DNA from: Candidatus Dojkabacteria bacterium
GTDB taxonomy: Bacteria; Patescibacteriota; Dojkabacteria; SC72
Direction of reading: 5' to 3'
Assembly (NCBI GenBank): GCA_050950165.1
Contig: JBMNHC010000001.1
Span: 1 to 37,046, forward strand
Length of the DNA: 37,046 nt
Part shown: positions 17,814 to 26,113 of the stretch, one piece after another
Numbering within the stretch: the stretch's first letter is position 1
Layout: each line of letters opens with the position of its first letter
Translations under genes and position numbers: made by a program
The notes under the pieces: model-generated
What the model saw: only the letters and a program-made list of their open reading frames with translations
Database searches by the model: none
Told to the model about the DNA's origin: nothing

Positions 17814-18555
17814 CCCCTACCTCTTGTCTAAGCTTTTCATAAAGTAATACTCCAGCACTAACACTGACATTTAAAGACCCTATTCCCTCTTTCATAGGGA
17901 TGGAGATCTTTTCATCTGCTCTCTCAAGCATACCAGCAGACAACCCTACATCTTCTGCCCCTAGTATAAATGCACATGGACCTTTCAAATTACTCTCAAA
18001 ATATGTCTTACCTTCCATATCAGTAGCAAATATTTTAATGTCATTTCTCTTAAGTTCTTTTACAGCAGTAAAGAGATTCATCTCTACCAAAGGAATTCTT
18101 TCTGCAGCTCCCATAGAGACTCTCATACTCTCATCATTGATAAAAGGAACCTCCGATGGAGAGGTAATAACTCCATTTACCCCTACAGCAAATGCTGTTC
18201 TTAAAATAGCACCGATATTCTGACTATACTTAACATTATCTAAGATAATAAAGAAGGGCATTTTATCTGCAGAATATATACTCTCTAAAAGCTCTTCTAA
18301 AGTCCAATAGTTTTGAGAAATCATCATACCTACTACACTCTCAGACTTAGAGCTCTTTAATCTTCTTGTTAGAGTTTTCTTAGGTACTCTGATAATAGGG
18401 ATCTTTCTTTTAGTAGCAAGGTCAATTATCTCCTTAGTCTTTTCATCTCTGTATGCAGAAGACGCTATATATATATGCTCAAACTCCTTCTCCTCTCGAA
18501 GAAGTTCTAAGAGTGCATTCTTACTCTCAATTTGAATAAAGTGTTGTTTAGCCAT
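17806..18555 (-). CDS. rlmB: SpoU/TrmH-family RNA 2'-O-methyltransferase, RlmB-like
   Basis: N-terminal substrate-binding-like segment (NALLELLREEKEFEHIYI). SPOUT motifs NIGAILRTAFAVGV, FILGAEDVGLS, SLNVSVSAGVLLYE. Confidence 0.85.
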   Translation of the reverse strand: MAKQHFIQIESKNALLELLREEKEFEHIYIASSAYRDEKTKEIIDLATKRKIPIIRVPKKTLTRRLKSSKSESVVGMMISQNYWTLEELLESIYSADKMPFFIILDNVKYSQNIGAILRTAFAVGVNGVITSPSEVPFINDESMRVSMGAAERIPLVEMNLFTAVKELKRNDIKIFATDMEGKTYFESNLKGPCAFILGAEDVGLSAGMLERADEKISIPMKEGIGSLNVSVSAGVLLYEKLRQEVGVK

Positions 18556-18560
18556 CCTAC

Positions 18561-18827
18561 TTAAACAGATTCTAGCACATCAATGTAGAACTGTCCTCTT
18601 TTAAATCCACTCATACGTCTAAACTTTACAATACCATCTATTTTAGAGTGAATTGTATGGTCTCTAGATATATATGTATTCTTACCAGGATGATACACAG
18701 ACCCTCTCTGTTTAACCAAAACATTACCAGCTTTTACACTCTCTCCTTCAAACTTCTTTACTCCCAATCTCTTCCCAGCAACTGTTGAGCCCATTGAGAC
18801 ACTTCCTGCTCCAGCAACTTTCGCCAT
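18561..18827 (-). CDS. rpmA: 50S ribosomal protein L27
   Basis: KRLGVKKFEGESVKAGNVLVKQRGSVYHPGKN...RDHTIHSKIDGIVKF matches L27. The N-terminal tail is divergent. Confidence 0.92.
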   Translation of the reverse strand: MAKVAGAGSVSMGSTVAGKRLGVKKFEGESVKAGNVLVKQRGSVYHPGKNTYISRDHTIHSKIDGIVKFRRMSGFKRGQFYIDVLESV

Positions 18828-18851
18828 TTCTGTGTGTATTAAACTTAATTA

Positions 18852-20027
18852 TTATCTTCTGGATAATATGAAAATATTCCTTGTGATAATACTATTATTT
18901 CTCTCCCATTTCAAGTCCTCTTTTGAATACACCTTGTTTAAAACATCCCATTTTTTACCAATCAGAGAAGATATATTTAAAGTTCTCTGACCACTAAGAG
19001 TCTTGTAAGAAGGAATTACTAGTACAACCTTAAAACCTTTCTTTGCTACAGTATCTAATACTTTGAACAGTCCTGTATACAAGCTCTTAACCTCTTCTAA
19101 AAGAGTATCTGCTTTAAAACTTGTTATCACTTTTCGCAAAACAGGACCCATAAATGGTTCACAGACAACAGCTCTAATACCAGTCTTTTGTAGATCTTTA
19201 ACTATCTTTTTCTCAACATTACGGATATCTAATTGAAAAAGATTGTACTTTACTCCTGCAATTAATCCCTCTCTATGCAACCACAAAATATTCTCATGAG
19301 AGTTAGATATCGCTCTCTGATCTATATCCGTACCTAAGATATCAAAACCTAAAACTGCAGCTTCCATTAGTATAGTACCACTACCACAGAAAGGGTCCCA
19401 GATAATGCCATCTTTTAGTCCTACCAGATTACACATAATTCTAGCTAACTTCTGAGGCAAAACACCCATATCATAGTCTGACTTTGGCCTATCTATATCC
19501 CTTCTTACAAATGATTCAACATCCTGTACACCCAGAGTCCTACCATACATCTGTTTGGTAGGTGTATTAAATATTACAAACTCAAACCCCTTCTCCAATA
19601 TCTTGTTGTTTCTAATTTGAGCCTCATTTAATTGACCTTCTTTGGGTAAAATAAATCTGGAAGAGACACCTTGGTTAGTAAAGAATTTCTTAATCTCATT
19701 AGAAAGCTTCTCTATACTCCTTCTATCTACCTTCCCTCTATCTAAAAACGAGACCCCAAACAGTACCTTCTTGAACTCTAAAAACTGAGGAAGAAAAGAA
19801 TCAATATCCTCAATTACCTCACCATATCTAATATATCCACCTAATCTAGAAAATATTTTAGATATAATTTGTGGTGTAGCTAATTTACTCTCTAAAAGAA
19901 ACACTCCACCTCCAATATTTTTAATAGAGTCTTTAGAAATACCATACGTTTCTAAAACAGTAGATAGCTCTACCAAAGAGAGTGATTGAAACACACCAAA
20001 TTGAAAGAAATATCGCATATTAAGCAA
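18852..20027 (-). CDS. SAM-dependent methyltransferase (UPF0020/Trm11-RlmL-like putative RNA methylase)
   Basis: Motif I WDPFCGSGTILMEAAVLG; motif IV-like VCEPFMGP. The N-terminal about 180 aa is a non-catalytic domain. The start may be MRYFF (20018). Confidence 0.7.
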   Translation of the reverse strand: MLNMRYFFQFGVFQSLSLVELSTVLETYGISKDSIKNIGGGVFLLESKLATPQIISKIFSRLGGYIRYGEVIEDIDSFLPQFLEFKKVLFGVSFLDRGKVDRRSIEKLSNEIKKFFTNQGVSSRFILPKEGQLNEAQIRNNKILEKGFEFVIFNTPTKQMYGRTLGVQDVESFVRRDIDRPKSDYDMGVLPQKLARIMCNLVGLKDGIIWDPFCGSGTILMEAAVLGFDILGTDIDQRAISNSHENILWLHREGLIAGVKYNLFQLDIRNVEKKIVKDLQKTGIRAVVCEPFMGPVLRKVITSFKADTLLEEVKSLYTGLFKVLDTVAKKGFKVVLVIPSYKTLSGQRTLNISSLIGKKWDVLNKVYSKEDLKWERNNSIITRNIFILSRR

Positions 20028-20352
20028 TAGATTTAACCAAAACCCTTGTTATTAAAGCCCTATGGCCCTGAGATCTTCTATATCTAGACTTCGCCTTATA
20101 CTTAAACACATTAACCTTATCATCCTTTTTCTGAGAAGTAATCTCTAAAACTACCTTTGAGCCTTCAACAAGAGGAGTTCCTATTTTAACATCACTACCA
20201 TCAGATACTAGTAAAACATCTTTAATCTCTACCTTATCACCCTTGTTTCCTTTAATCTTGTTTATTTCGTACTCTCTACCTTCATATACCTTAAGCTGTA
20301 CACCAGAGATCTTGATTACTGCAAACTTTTTATTTTCATCAGATTTAATCAT
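20020..20352 (-). CDS. rplU: 50S ribosomal protein L21
   Basis: FAVIKISGVQLKVYEGREYEINKI...VLLV...VKIGTP...KVNVFKYKAKSRYRRSQGHR matches L21. Confidence 0.92.
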   Translation of the reverse strand: MIKSDENKKFAVIKISGVQLKVYEGREYEINKIKGNKGDKVEIKDVLLVSDGSDVKIGTPLVEGSKVVLEITSQKKDDKVNVFKYKAKSRYRRSQGHRALITRVLVKSIA

Positions 20353-20364
20353 AACAGAAGGATT

Positions 20365-21687
20365 TTAATTTATAAAGTCATAATTGTCAATTATCTTTCC
20401 CTTTGTTCTTCGCTCTTTTGTATTATTCATTATACTCTGAATAACTCCCAAAGAGAACAATGTCATAACAGTAATACTTCCTCCAGCACTTACTAAGGGA
20501 AGAGGAATACCTGTTGCAGGAATAGCTCCCGTATTAGTCCCAATGTTAACAAATACTTCTAACAGTATCTTCATAGTAATACCTATTGAGAGCATAAGGA
20601 GGAATGGATTATCCACATTATTAACAGAGAGAATCAGTCCATTTATAATAATTATTCCATACATTATCAGTAAAAAAAGAGAACCTACTAAACCAAACTC
20701 TTCTGCAAAAGATGCAAAGATAAAGTCTGTTTGATGCTCAGGAAGAAAGTTCCTCTTACTCTGAGTACCGTTACCAAAACCTTTTCCAAATATCTGACCT
20801 GACCCTATCGCTATTCTTGCTTGATTAACATTAAACCCTAAGTTTTGAGTATCTTGGCTAGGATTAAGAAATACCTCTATCCTATCCCTTTGGTAATCTT
20901 TTAGAATATCACGATACAAAACAACAGAGAATATACCCACTAATATACTTAAAAATACAGCAGATATGATAAATATTCTCCAGCTATCTCTATAATAGAA
21001 TGAGAATATCGCTAATATTACACCGATTAGTGATATTAAAAGATAGAACCAGTTATTTAGAATAGTCGAGGTAAAAAAGGCAACCGTTATACTTGCAATA
21101 ATGATTAGTAATACACTATTTCTTAATTGGTTATTTAACCCTGTAAACGCAACAAGAAACCATATCAGTAGTATTAGTATAGACATACTACCACTAGGTT
21201 GCATATATACTAGGATAACAATCGGTAGAACTAGAAGAAGAGATATAAAAAAAAGAAACCACTCGTTGTACCTATCTTTAAAAGAAAATACTAATGCAGT
21301 GGTTAATATCACTGTAAACTTCGCTATCTCAGAGGGCTGAATCTGTACTCCAGCTACTACTAACCATCTCTGTACATTGTTAACAACAGGACCAAAAAGA
21401 AGAACCAGAACTAAAAGAACTATCGTTATTAGATATATAACTAATCCTACCTGCCACTCTCTGAATATAGAGATGTTAAACATAGAGAGAAGAAAATATA
21501 TACCAAAACCAAAGAATAAGAATATTAACTGTTTAGTAACAATAGAGAGGTCTCCAAAGGTACCGTCTGTTTGAATCACAGTAGAAAGTAGTGCAATTAT
21601 TCCAATTAAAGAGAGAAAAAGCATAGGAAGAAGCAACCCAAGGTTTACATTTATTTTCCTACTCTCTTTCTTGGATATATTTATCAT
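20365..21687 (-). CDS. SEDS-family peptidoglycan polymerase (FtsW/RodA/SpoVE)
   Basis: About 10 TM segments. QPSEIAKF, RNFLPEHQTDFIFASFAEEFG, GIPLPLVSAGGS. I cannot separate FtsW from RodA by sequence alone. Confidence 0.9.
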   Translation of the reverse strand: MINISKKESRKINVNLGLLLPMLFLSLIGIIALLSTVIQTDGTFGDLSIVTKQLIFLFFGFGIYFLLSMFNISIFREWQVGLVIYLITIVLLVLVLLFGPVVNNVQRWLVVAGVQIQPSEIAKFTVILTTALVFSFKDRYNEWFLFFISLLLVLPIVILVYMQPSGSMSILILLIWFLVAFTGLNNQLRNSVLLIIIASITVAFFTSTILNNWFYLLISLIGVILAIFSFYYRDSWRIFIISAVFLSILVGIFSVVLYRDILKDYQRDRIEVFLNPSQDTQNLGFNVNQARIAIGSGQIFGKGFGNGTQSKRNFLPEHQTDFIFASFAEEFGLVGSLFLLIMYGIIIINGLILSVNNVDNPFLLMLSIGITMKILLEVFVNIGTNTGAIPATGIPLPLVSAGGSITVMTLFSLGVIQSIMNNTKERRTKGKIIDNYDFIN

Positions 21688-21908
21688 ACTCCAATATCTA
21701 TTAACTTAGTTCTACTTCTAATTCCTTTCTTTATTTCAATAAAGCTTTTAGGACATTGGAAATATTCAGAAAGTAATTCTATTAACTCTAAATTAGCATT
21801 ATTGTCATGTGGCTTAGAACGAAGAAATGCCAGATACTTATGTTTTCCTAAATGAGAAATCTCAGATTTAAAAGAGTTTGTTTTTACAACAACCTCTATC
21901 CTAATCAT
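21684..21908 (-). CDS. DUF167 (YggU/UPF0235) family protein
   Basis: PHDNNANLELIELLSEYFQCPKSFIEIKKGIRSRTKLIDI fits DUF167. TAATG overlap with the ftsZ stop. Confidence 0.7.
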   Translation of the reverse strand: MIRIEVVVKTNSFKSEISHLGKHKYLAFLRSKPHDNNANLELIELLSEYFQCPKSFIEIKKGIRSRTKLIDIGV

Positions 21909-23161
21909 TACTTCTTCTTACCTTTAAACATACGTCTCATAAAGGCAGGTTTGTCTAGTGGATCTTCAAAGTCATCATCATCCATCTCTACCTTTTTAGT
22001 TGCTCCTTTCTGAACTTCCTGTTTAAGAGGTTTCTCTGCCTCACTCTCCTCTGGCTCTAGTTCATCATTATCATCAAAGAACATCTCTTTCTTCTCTTCT
22101 ACTTCCTCCTGCTCATCTTCTTCCTTTTTGAAAAATGATGGTTTAAAAGAAAAGTCCTCTATATCATTATCACTCTCTTCTTCTCTTAGTTGTTTTGTAT
22201 ATATCTGTTTGTTTTCATCAAAACCGGTAGCCACTATTGTAATGACAATCTCATCTTCTAAATCTGGATCTATCTGAGCACCAAATATAATATTTGCAGA
22301 TGGATCTACAGCCTCCTTTATTAACTCTGATACCATACTTATTTCAGGAAGTGTTATATCTGCTCCTACAATATTGTAAAGAACACCCGTTGCTCCCTCA
22401 ATAGACATATCAAGTAATGGACTTGTGGTAGCTGCACGAGCTGCTAGCTCTGCCCTATTCTCACCTTTTGCTCTACCGATACCCATAAGGGCTGTCCCAG
22501 AGTTAAGCATTACAGATTTAGCATCATTAAAGTCTGCATTAATATATCCTGTTTGATTAATCAAGTTAGAGATACTATTTACTCCCTCTGCTAAAACAGA
22601 GTCTACCATTTTCATAGCTTCAATAAAGGAGATATTCTCATCTGCTATCTCCAGTAGTCTCTGGTTAGGTACTATAATTAAAGTATCTACCTTGTCTCTT
22701 AATGCCTCTATACCTTCTTCAGCTACCTCTCTTCTCCTATTACCTTCAAAATCGAAGGGTTTAGTCACAACAGCAACTGTTAAAGCTCCCATATTCTTAG
22801 CAACACCTGCTATAATTGGAGCTGCACCAGTACCTGTACCACCTCCCATTCCTGCTGTAATAAATACCATATCTGCTCCCTCTAAAAGTTCCTGTATCTG
22901 ATCCAAACTCTCTTCAGCAGCCTCTGCCCCTATCTCATGATTTCCTCCTACACCCAATCCTTTAGTAAGATTTTCACCTAACTGAAGGGTAATAGGTGCC
23001 TTTGATTGCTTTAGAACCTGAGCATCTGTATTAAAGGCCATAAATTCAACCCCTGTAATATCGTAGTCCATAATCATAGTATTGACGGCATTACATCCTC
23101 CACCACCAACTCCAACTACTTTAATTTTTGCTACCGGATCTACATTTGTTGTAATTAACAT
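21908..23161 (-). CDS. ftsZ: Cell division GTPase FtsZ
   Basis: VVGVGGGGCNAVN, the tubulin signature GMGGGTGTGAAP, NADFNDAKSV. Long acidic linker and C-terminal peptide DKPAFMRRMF. Confidence 0.97.
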   Translation of the reverse strand: MLITTNVDPVAKIKVVGVGGGGCNAVNTMIMDYDITGVEFMAFNTDAQVLKQSKAPITLQLGENLTKGLGVGGNHEIGAEAAEESLDQIQELLEGADMVFITAGMGGGTGTGAAPIIAGVAKNMGALTVAVVTKPFDFEGNRRREVAEEGIEALRDKVDTLIIVPNQRLLEIADENISFIEAMKMVDSVLAEGVNSISNLINQTGYINADFNDAKSVMLNSGTALMGIGRAKGENRAELAARAATTSPLLDMSIEGATGVLYNIVGADITLPEISMVSELIKEAVDPSANIIFGAQIDPDLEDEIVITIVATGFDENKQIYTKQLREEESDNDIEDFSFKPSFFKKEEDEQEEVEEKKEMFFDDNDELEPEESEAEKPLKQEVQKGATKKVEMDDDDFEDPLDKPAFMRRMFKGKKK

Positions 23162-23196
23162 AACTCCCCAAAACTTTTAAATTAAATCTGGACAGT

Positions 23197-24489
23197 TTAC
23201 GGCATTAACGACTTAAACCAATTAATCACTTTACCAAAGAAATCACTACCTCCACTCTTACCATGTGGTGTCTCTATATCTACTTCATCATCTATAGCGT
23301 GTTTAATCAAACCTTGTACACAAGCAAAAGAAGGATCAGAGATCTCTTCTGTCATACCACTCAAACCTGATGGATACCCTATTCTAGCAGCTACTCCAAA
23401 TACTCCTTGTGTAAACTTAGTTAAATCTTTTAACAGAGAAGTACCTCCAGAAAGAACTATACCTGCAGGCATAGCGATATCAAATCCTGCCTTCTTAACA
23501 TTCTCTCTAGCCATTTCAAATATCTCTTCACATCTAGCTTCTACAATCTTTCTTAGCATATCCTTAGAAATCTTCTTACCAGGGATATCCAATATCGACA
23601 AATCTATCTCATCTTCCTTACTCTTTTTAGGTTTCTCATCCTCTACTTTACGAAGCAATGCAGGAGTAGAATCACTACCTAGTTTTTTACTTTTTGCTTT
23701 ATTCTCCATTAAATCAGACATATGTACCTTTATACGCTCAGCATCTTCTAAAGACACTTGTAATCCAATTGCAATATCACTAGTAATATTAATTCCTCCT
23801 AAAGATATTGTACTACTGTAGATAATAGAGCCTTCTTGGAATATTGAAATAGCTGTTGTACCAGCACCAATATCTAAAAGAGAAACACCTAATTCTTTCT
23901 CTGTATCTGTAAGAACAGAGAGTGAAGACGCCCAACCTGCAAATACAACATCGTATACATTTAAGCCTAACTGTTCTACACATTTCTTTAAGTTCTGCCA
24001 GTAAGAGTTAGGAGCAGTAATGATATGGGTTTCTACCTCCAGTCTACTTCCAGACATACCGATAGGATACTTAATACCACCCTGACTATCTACAACAAAC
24101 TCTCTAGGGATAATGTGGATAGGGTTTAGATTCTCTGGTAAAGATAATGTTCGTGCATTCTCTATAGCTCTGTATGTATCATCTATTGTTATTTCTGAAC
24201 CTGCAACTGCAACTACTCCCTTGTTATTAAGACTCGTAACTGCTTCACCATTAATAGAAACAAAAACATCAGAGACTGTCACACCTGCCATCCTCTCAGC
24301 AGCAGTCACACTCTCTGAGATAGCTGTAGTAGCATCATCAATATTAACTACTACTCCCTTCTTAATACCCTTACTAGGATATGAACAGACACCTATTACT
24401 GAGGGAGCTTGATTATCCTCCACTGAGGAGATTACTGTAGTAATCTTGGAAGAACCAACATCTATTGCTGTTATTATTTTCCGTGCCAT
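23197..24489 (-). CDS. ftsA: Cell division protein FtsA
   Basis: Actin-fold motifs AIDVGSSKI, LLDIGAGTTAISIF, VLSGGTSLL. C-terminal amphipathic helix FFGKVINWFKSLM. Confidence 0.95.
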   Translation of the reverse strand: MARKIITAIDVGSSKITTVISSVEDNQAPSVIGVCSYPSKGIKKGVVVNIDDATTAISESVTAAERMAGVTVSDVFVSINGEAVTSLNNKGVVAVAGSEITIDDTYRAIENARTLSLPENLNPIHIIPREFVVDSQGGIKYPIGMSGSRLEVETHIITAPNSYWQNLKKCVEQLGLNVYDVVFAGWASSLSVLTDTEKELGVSLLDIGAGTTAISIFQEGSIIYSSTISLGGINITSDIAIGLQVSLEDAERIKVHMSDLMENKAKSKKLGSDSTPALLRKVEDEKPKKSKEDEIDLSILDIPGKKISKDMLRKIVEARCEEIFEMARENVKKAGFDIAMPAGIVLSGGTSLLKDLTKFTQGVFGVAARIGYPSGLSGMTEEISDPSFACVQGLIKHAIDDEVDIETPHGKSGGSDFFGKVINWFKSLMP

Positions 24490-24620
24490 ATTTTTCGGCA
24501 GTCTAATTTTACTTTAATTTAAGAATTATTTTTACTTATATATAATATAATCAAAATACTTTCTCTTAGCAAGAACCTTTATCAATTCTTTCAAAGTAGC
24601 CAATATATGTCAATAAAGGA

Positions 24621-25385
24621 CTACTTTAATCTCATTACCGGTCTCTCAAAACGAAGATCTAACGAAGCAAATTCAATATTTTCATCATTAATCTTCTGAC
24701 CAACTAAATACATTCTAGAGAGTTGCAAATCAAGATCAAAACTTATATCAAAAGTAAAAATCTTACCATCTTCACTAGTAAATCTACTAACACCCTCATC
24801 TAAAGTAATACTAGATACAGAGTACCCAAATGTAGAGAGTAACTTCTCTATATCTTTTATCTCTTCTACAAATATTAACCTGTTGTTACTCTCTAAAAAG
24901 GCATTACTCTGAATAGATATATATCCTTCACTCCTACAGGTATCTAAGCATTCTGTACAAACTTGCTCTATCCTAGTTCCCTCACTTGAAAAAAGAATAC
25001 ATCTCTCTGCAGAATATCCCATATACAAAGGGATATATTCATCTACTTTAATCTCCAGAGTAAACGGAATCTTCTTCTCAACATATATTTTTTTTACATA
25101 CCCTTTCTCTTTACTAATATCTTCCTCTACTAACTTTGATGAAAGCAAGAATATATTCTTACCTTTAAATTTCTCTACTCTTTTACTTAAGTTCTCTAAA
25201 TTTACATTACTCCCTTCTTTAGTACTAAACTGTATATTCCTAACATTCCAAAGACCAAAGATATTACTAAGGATGAAAAAGAGAAGTATTAAAAAGGGTA
25301 AAGAGTATCGTTTTAGAAAGATACCTACAGATGTACGACTTACTTTATTTATAAAAACACTCTTTCTTAAATCAACCTTGTGCAT
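24621..25385 (-). CDS. ftsQ: FtsQ/DivIB-like cell division protein (TM plus POTRA-like)
   Basis: Single N-terminal TM (LPFLILLFFILSNIFGLW) and a beta-rich extracytoplasmic domain. Lies immediately upstream of ftsA-ftsZ. Assignment rests partly on context. Confidence 0.7.
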   Translation of the reverse strand: MHKVDLRKSVFINKVSRTSVGIFLKRYSLPFLILLFFILSNIFGLWNVRNIQFSTKEGSNVNLENLSKRVEKFKGKNIFLLSSKLVEEDISKEKGYVKKIYVEKKIPFTLEIKVDEYIPLYMGYSAERCILFSSEGTRIEQVCTECLDTCRSEGYISIQSNAFLESNNRLIFVEEIKDIEKLLSTFGYSVSSITLDEGVSRFTSEDGKIFTFDISFDLDLQLSRMYLVGQKINDENIEFASLDLRFERPVMRLK

Positions 25386-25465
25386 ACAAAAAGTTTATCC
25401 TACAACTAGATATTTGAAAAGAGAATTCAAAGATTAAAAAATATCTGCTACTATTTATCATCTCT

Positions 25466-26113
25466 ATGATAGATTTAATACTAACAAAAACAGCAGAGAT
25501 ATTAGTCGGTATGGGATACTGGGGAGTATTTTTCTCTGCAATGGGGATATTTCCTACTGAAGTAGTCATTACTCTTTTTGCAGCATCTAAGACTAGCTCT
25601 ATGTGGTTAATAGCTGTTGTATCTTCCTTAGGTGCGGTAATAGGGGGGATACCTACATACTTTTTAGGATATATCTTTAGAGAAGATCTCTTATACAAAT
25701 GGCTTAATACAAAAGGGAGCTTCTTAGGTATAGATACGAACAAGATAGAGGAGAGCAAAAGGAAGATAAGGAAGCATGCATTTTGGTATCTTTTTCTTAC
25801 TAAATTTGTACCATGGTTAAGGGTAGCAGCCAATATTGCAGCAGGATATGTAAGAATAGGTCTACTGCAGTACATATTAGCTACTTTCTTCGGTATGTTT
25901 CTATACACTGTAATACTGGCATTAATAGGGATAGAGGCTGGTGAGAGCTGGGATGAAATAAATAGGTATATAAATATGTTAGATAAAGGAACTGTAACTA
26001 TAATAATAGCGATACTGTTAACATACTTCCTCTACAAGAGTAAGAAAAAGGTAATTTCCAAAGTAAGAGATAGTGAAAGAGATACTATCGATTCTAAACA
26101 ATCAAAATACTAA
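25466..26113 (+). CDS. DedA-family (VTT domain) membrane protein, copy 2
   Basis: GYWGVFFSAMGIFPTEVVITLFAASK, LTKFVPWLRVAANIAAGYVRI and a multi-pass profile. Paralogous in layout to 4405..5025. Confidence 0.8.
   Translation: MIDLILTKTAEILVGMGYWGVFFSAMGIFPTEVVITLFAASKTSSMWLIAVVSSLGAVIGGIPTYFLGYIFREDLLYKWLNTKGSFLGIDTNKIEESKRKIRKHAFWYLFLTKFVPWLRVAANIAAGYVRIGLLQYILATFFGMFLYTVILALIGIEAGESWDEINRYINMLDKGTVTIIIAILLTYFLYKSKKKVISKVRDSERDTIDSKQSKY

Noticed and set aside
20609-20617. Perfect DnaA box TTATCCACA, with a near match TGTGGATAG around 24,115, not far from parAB
   Set aside because: These are single isolated boxes inside coding sequence (the SEDS gene and ftsA). There is no cluster, no AT-rich unwinding element and no dnaA gene in the window.
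25372-25908. 178-aa minus-strand ORF from the ORF track
   Set aside because: It lies antisense to the well-supported DedA gene (25466-26113) and has no recognisable motif. It is most likely a shadow ORF of an AT-rich coding region.
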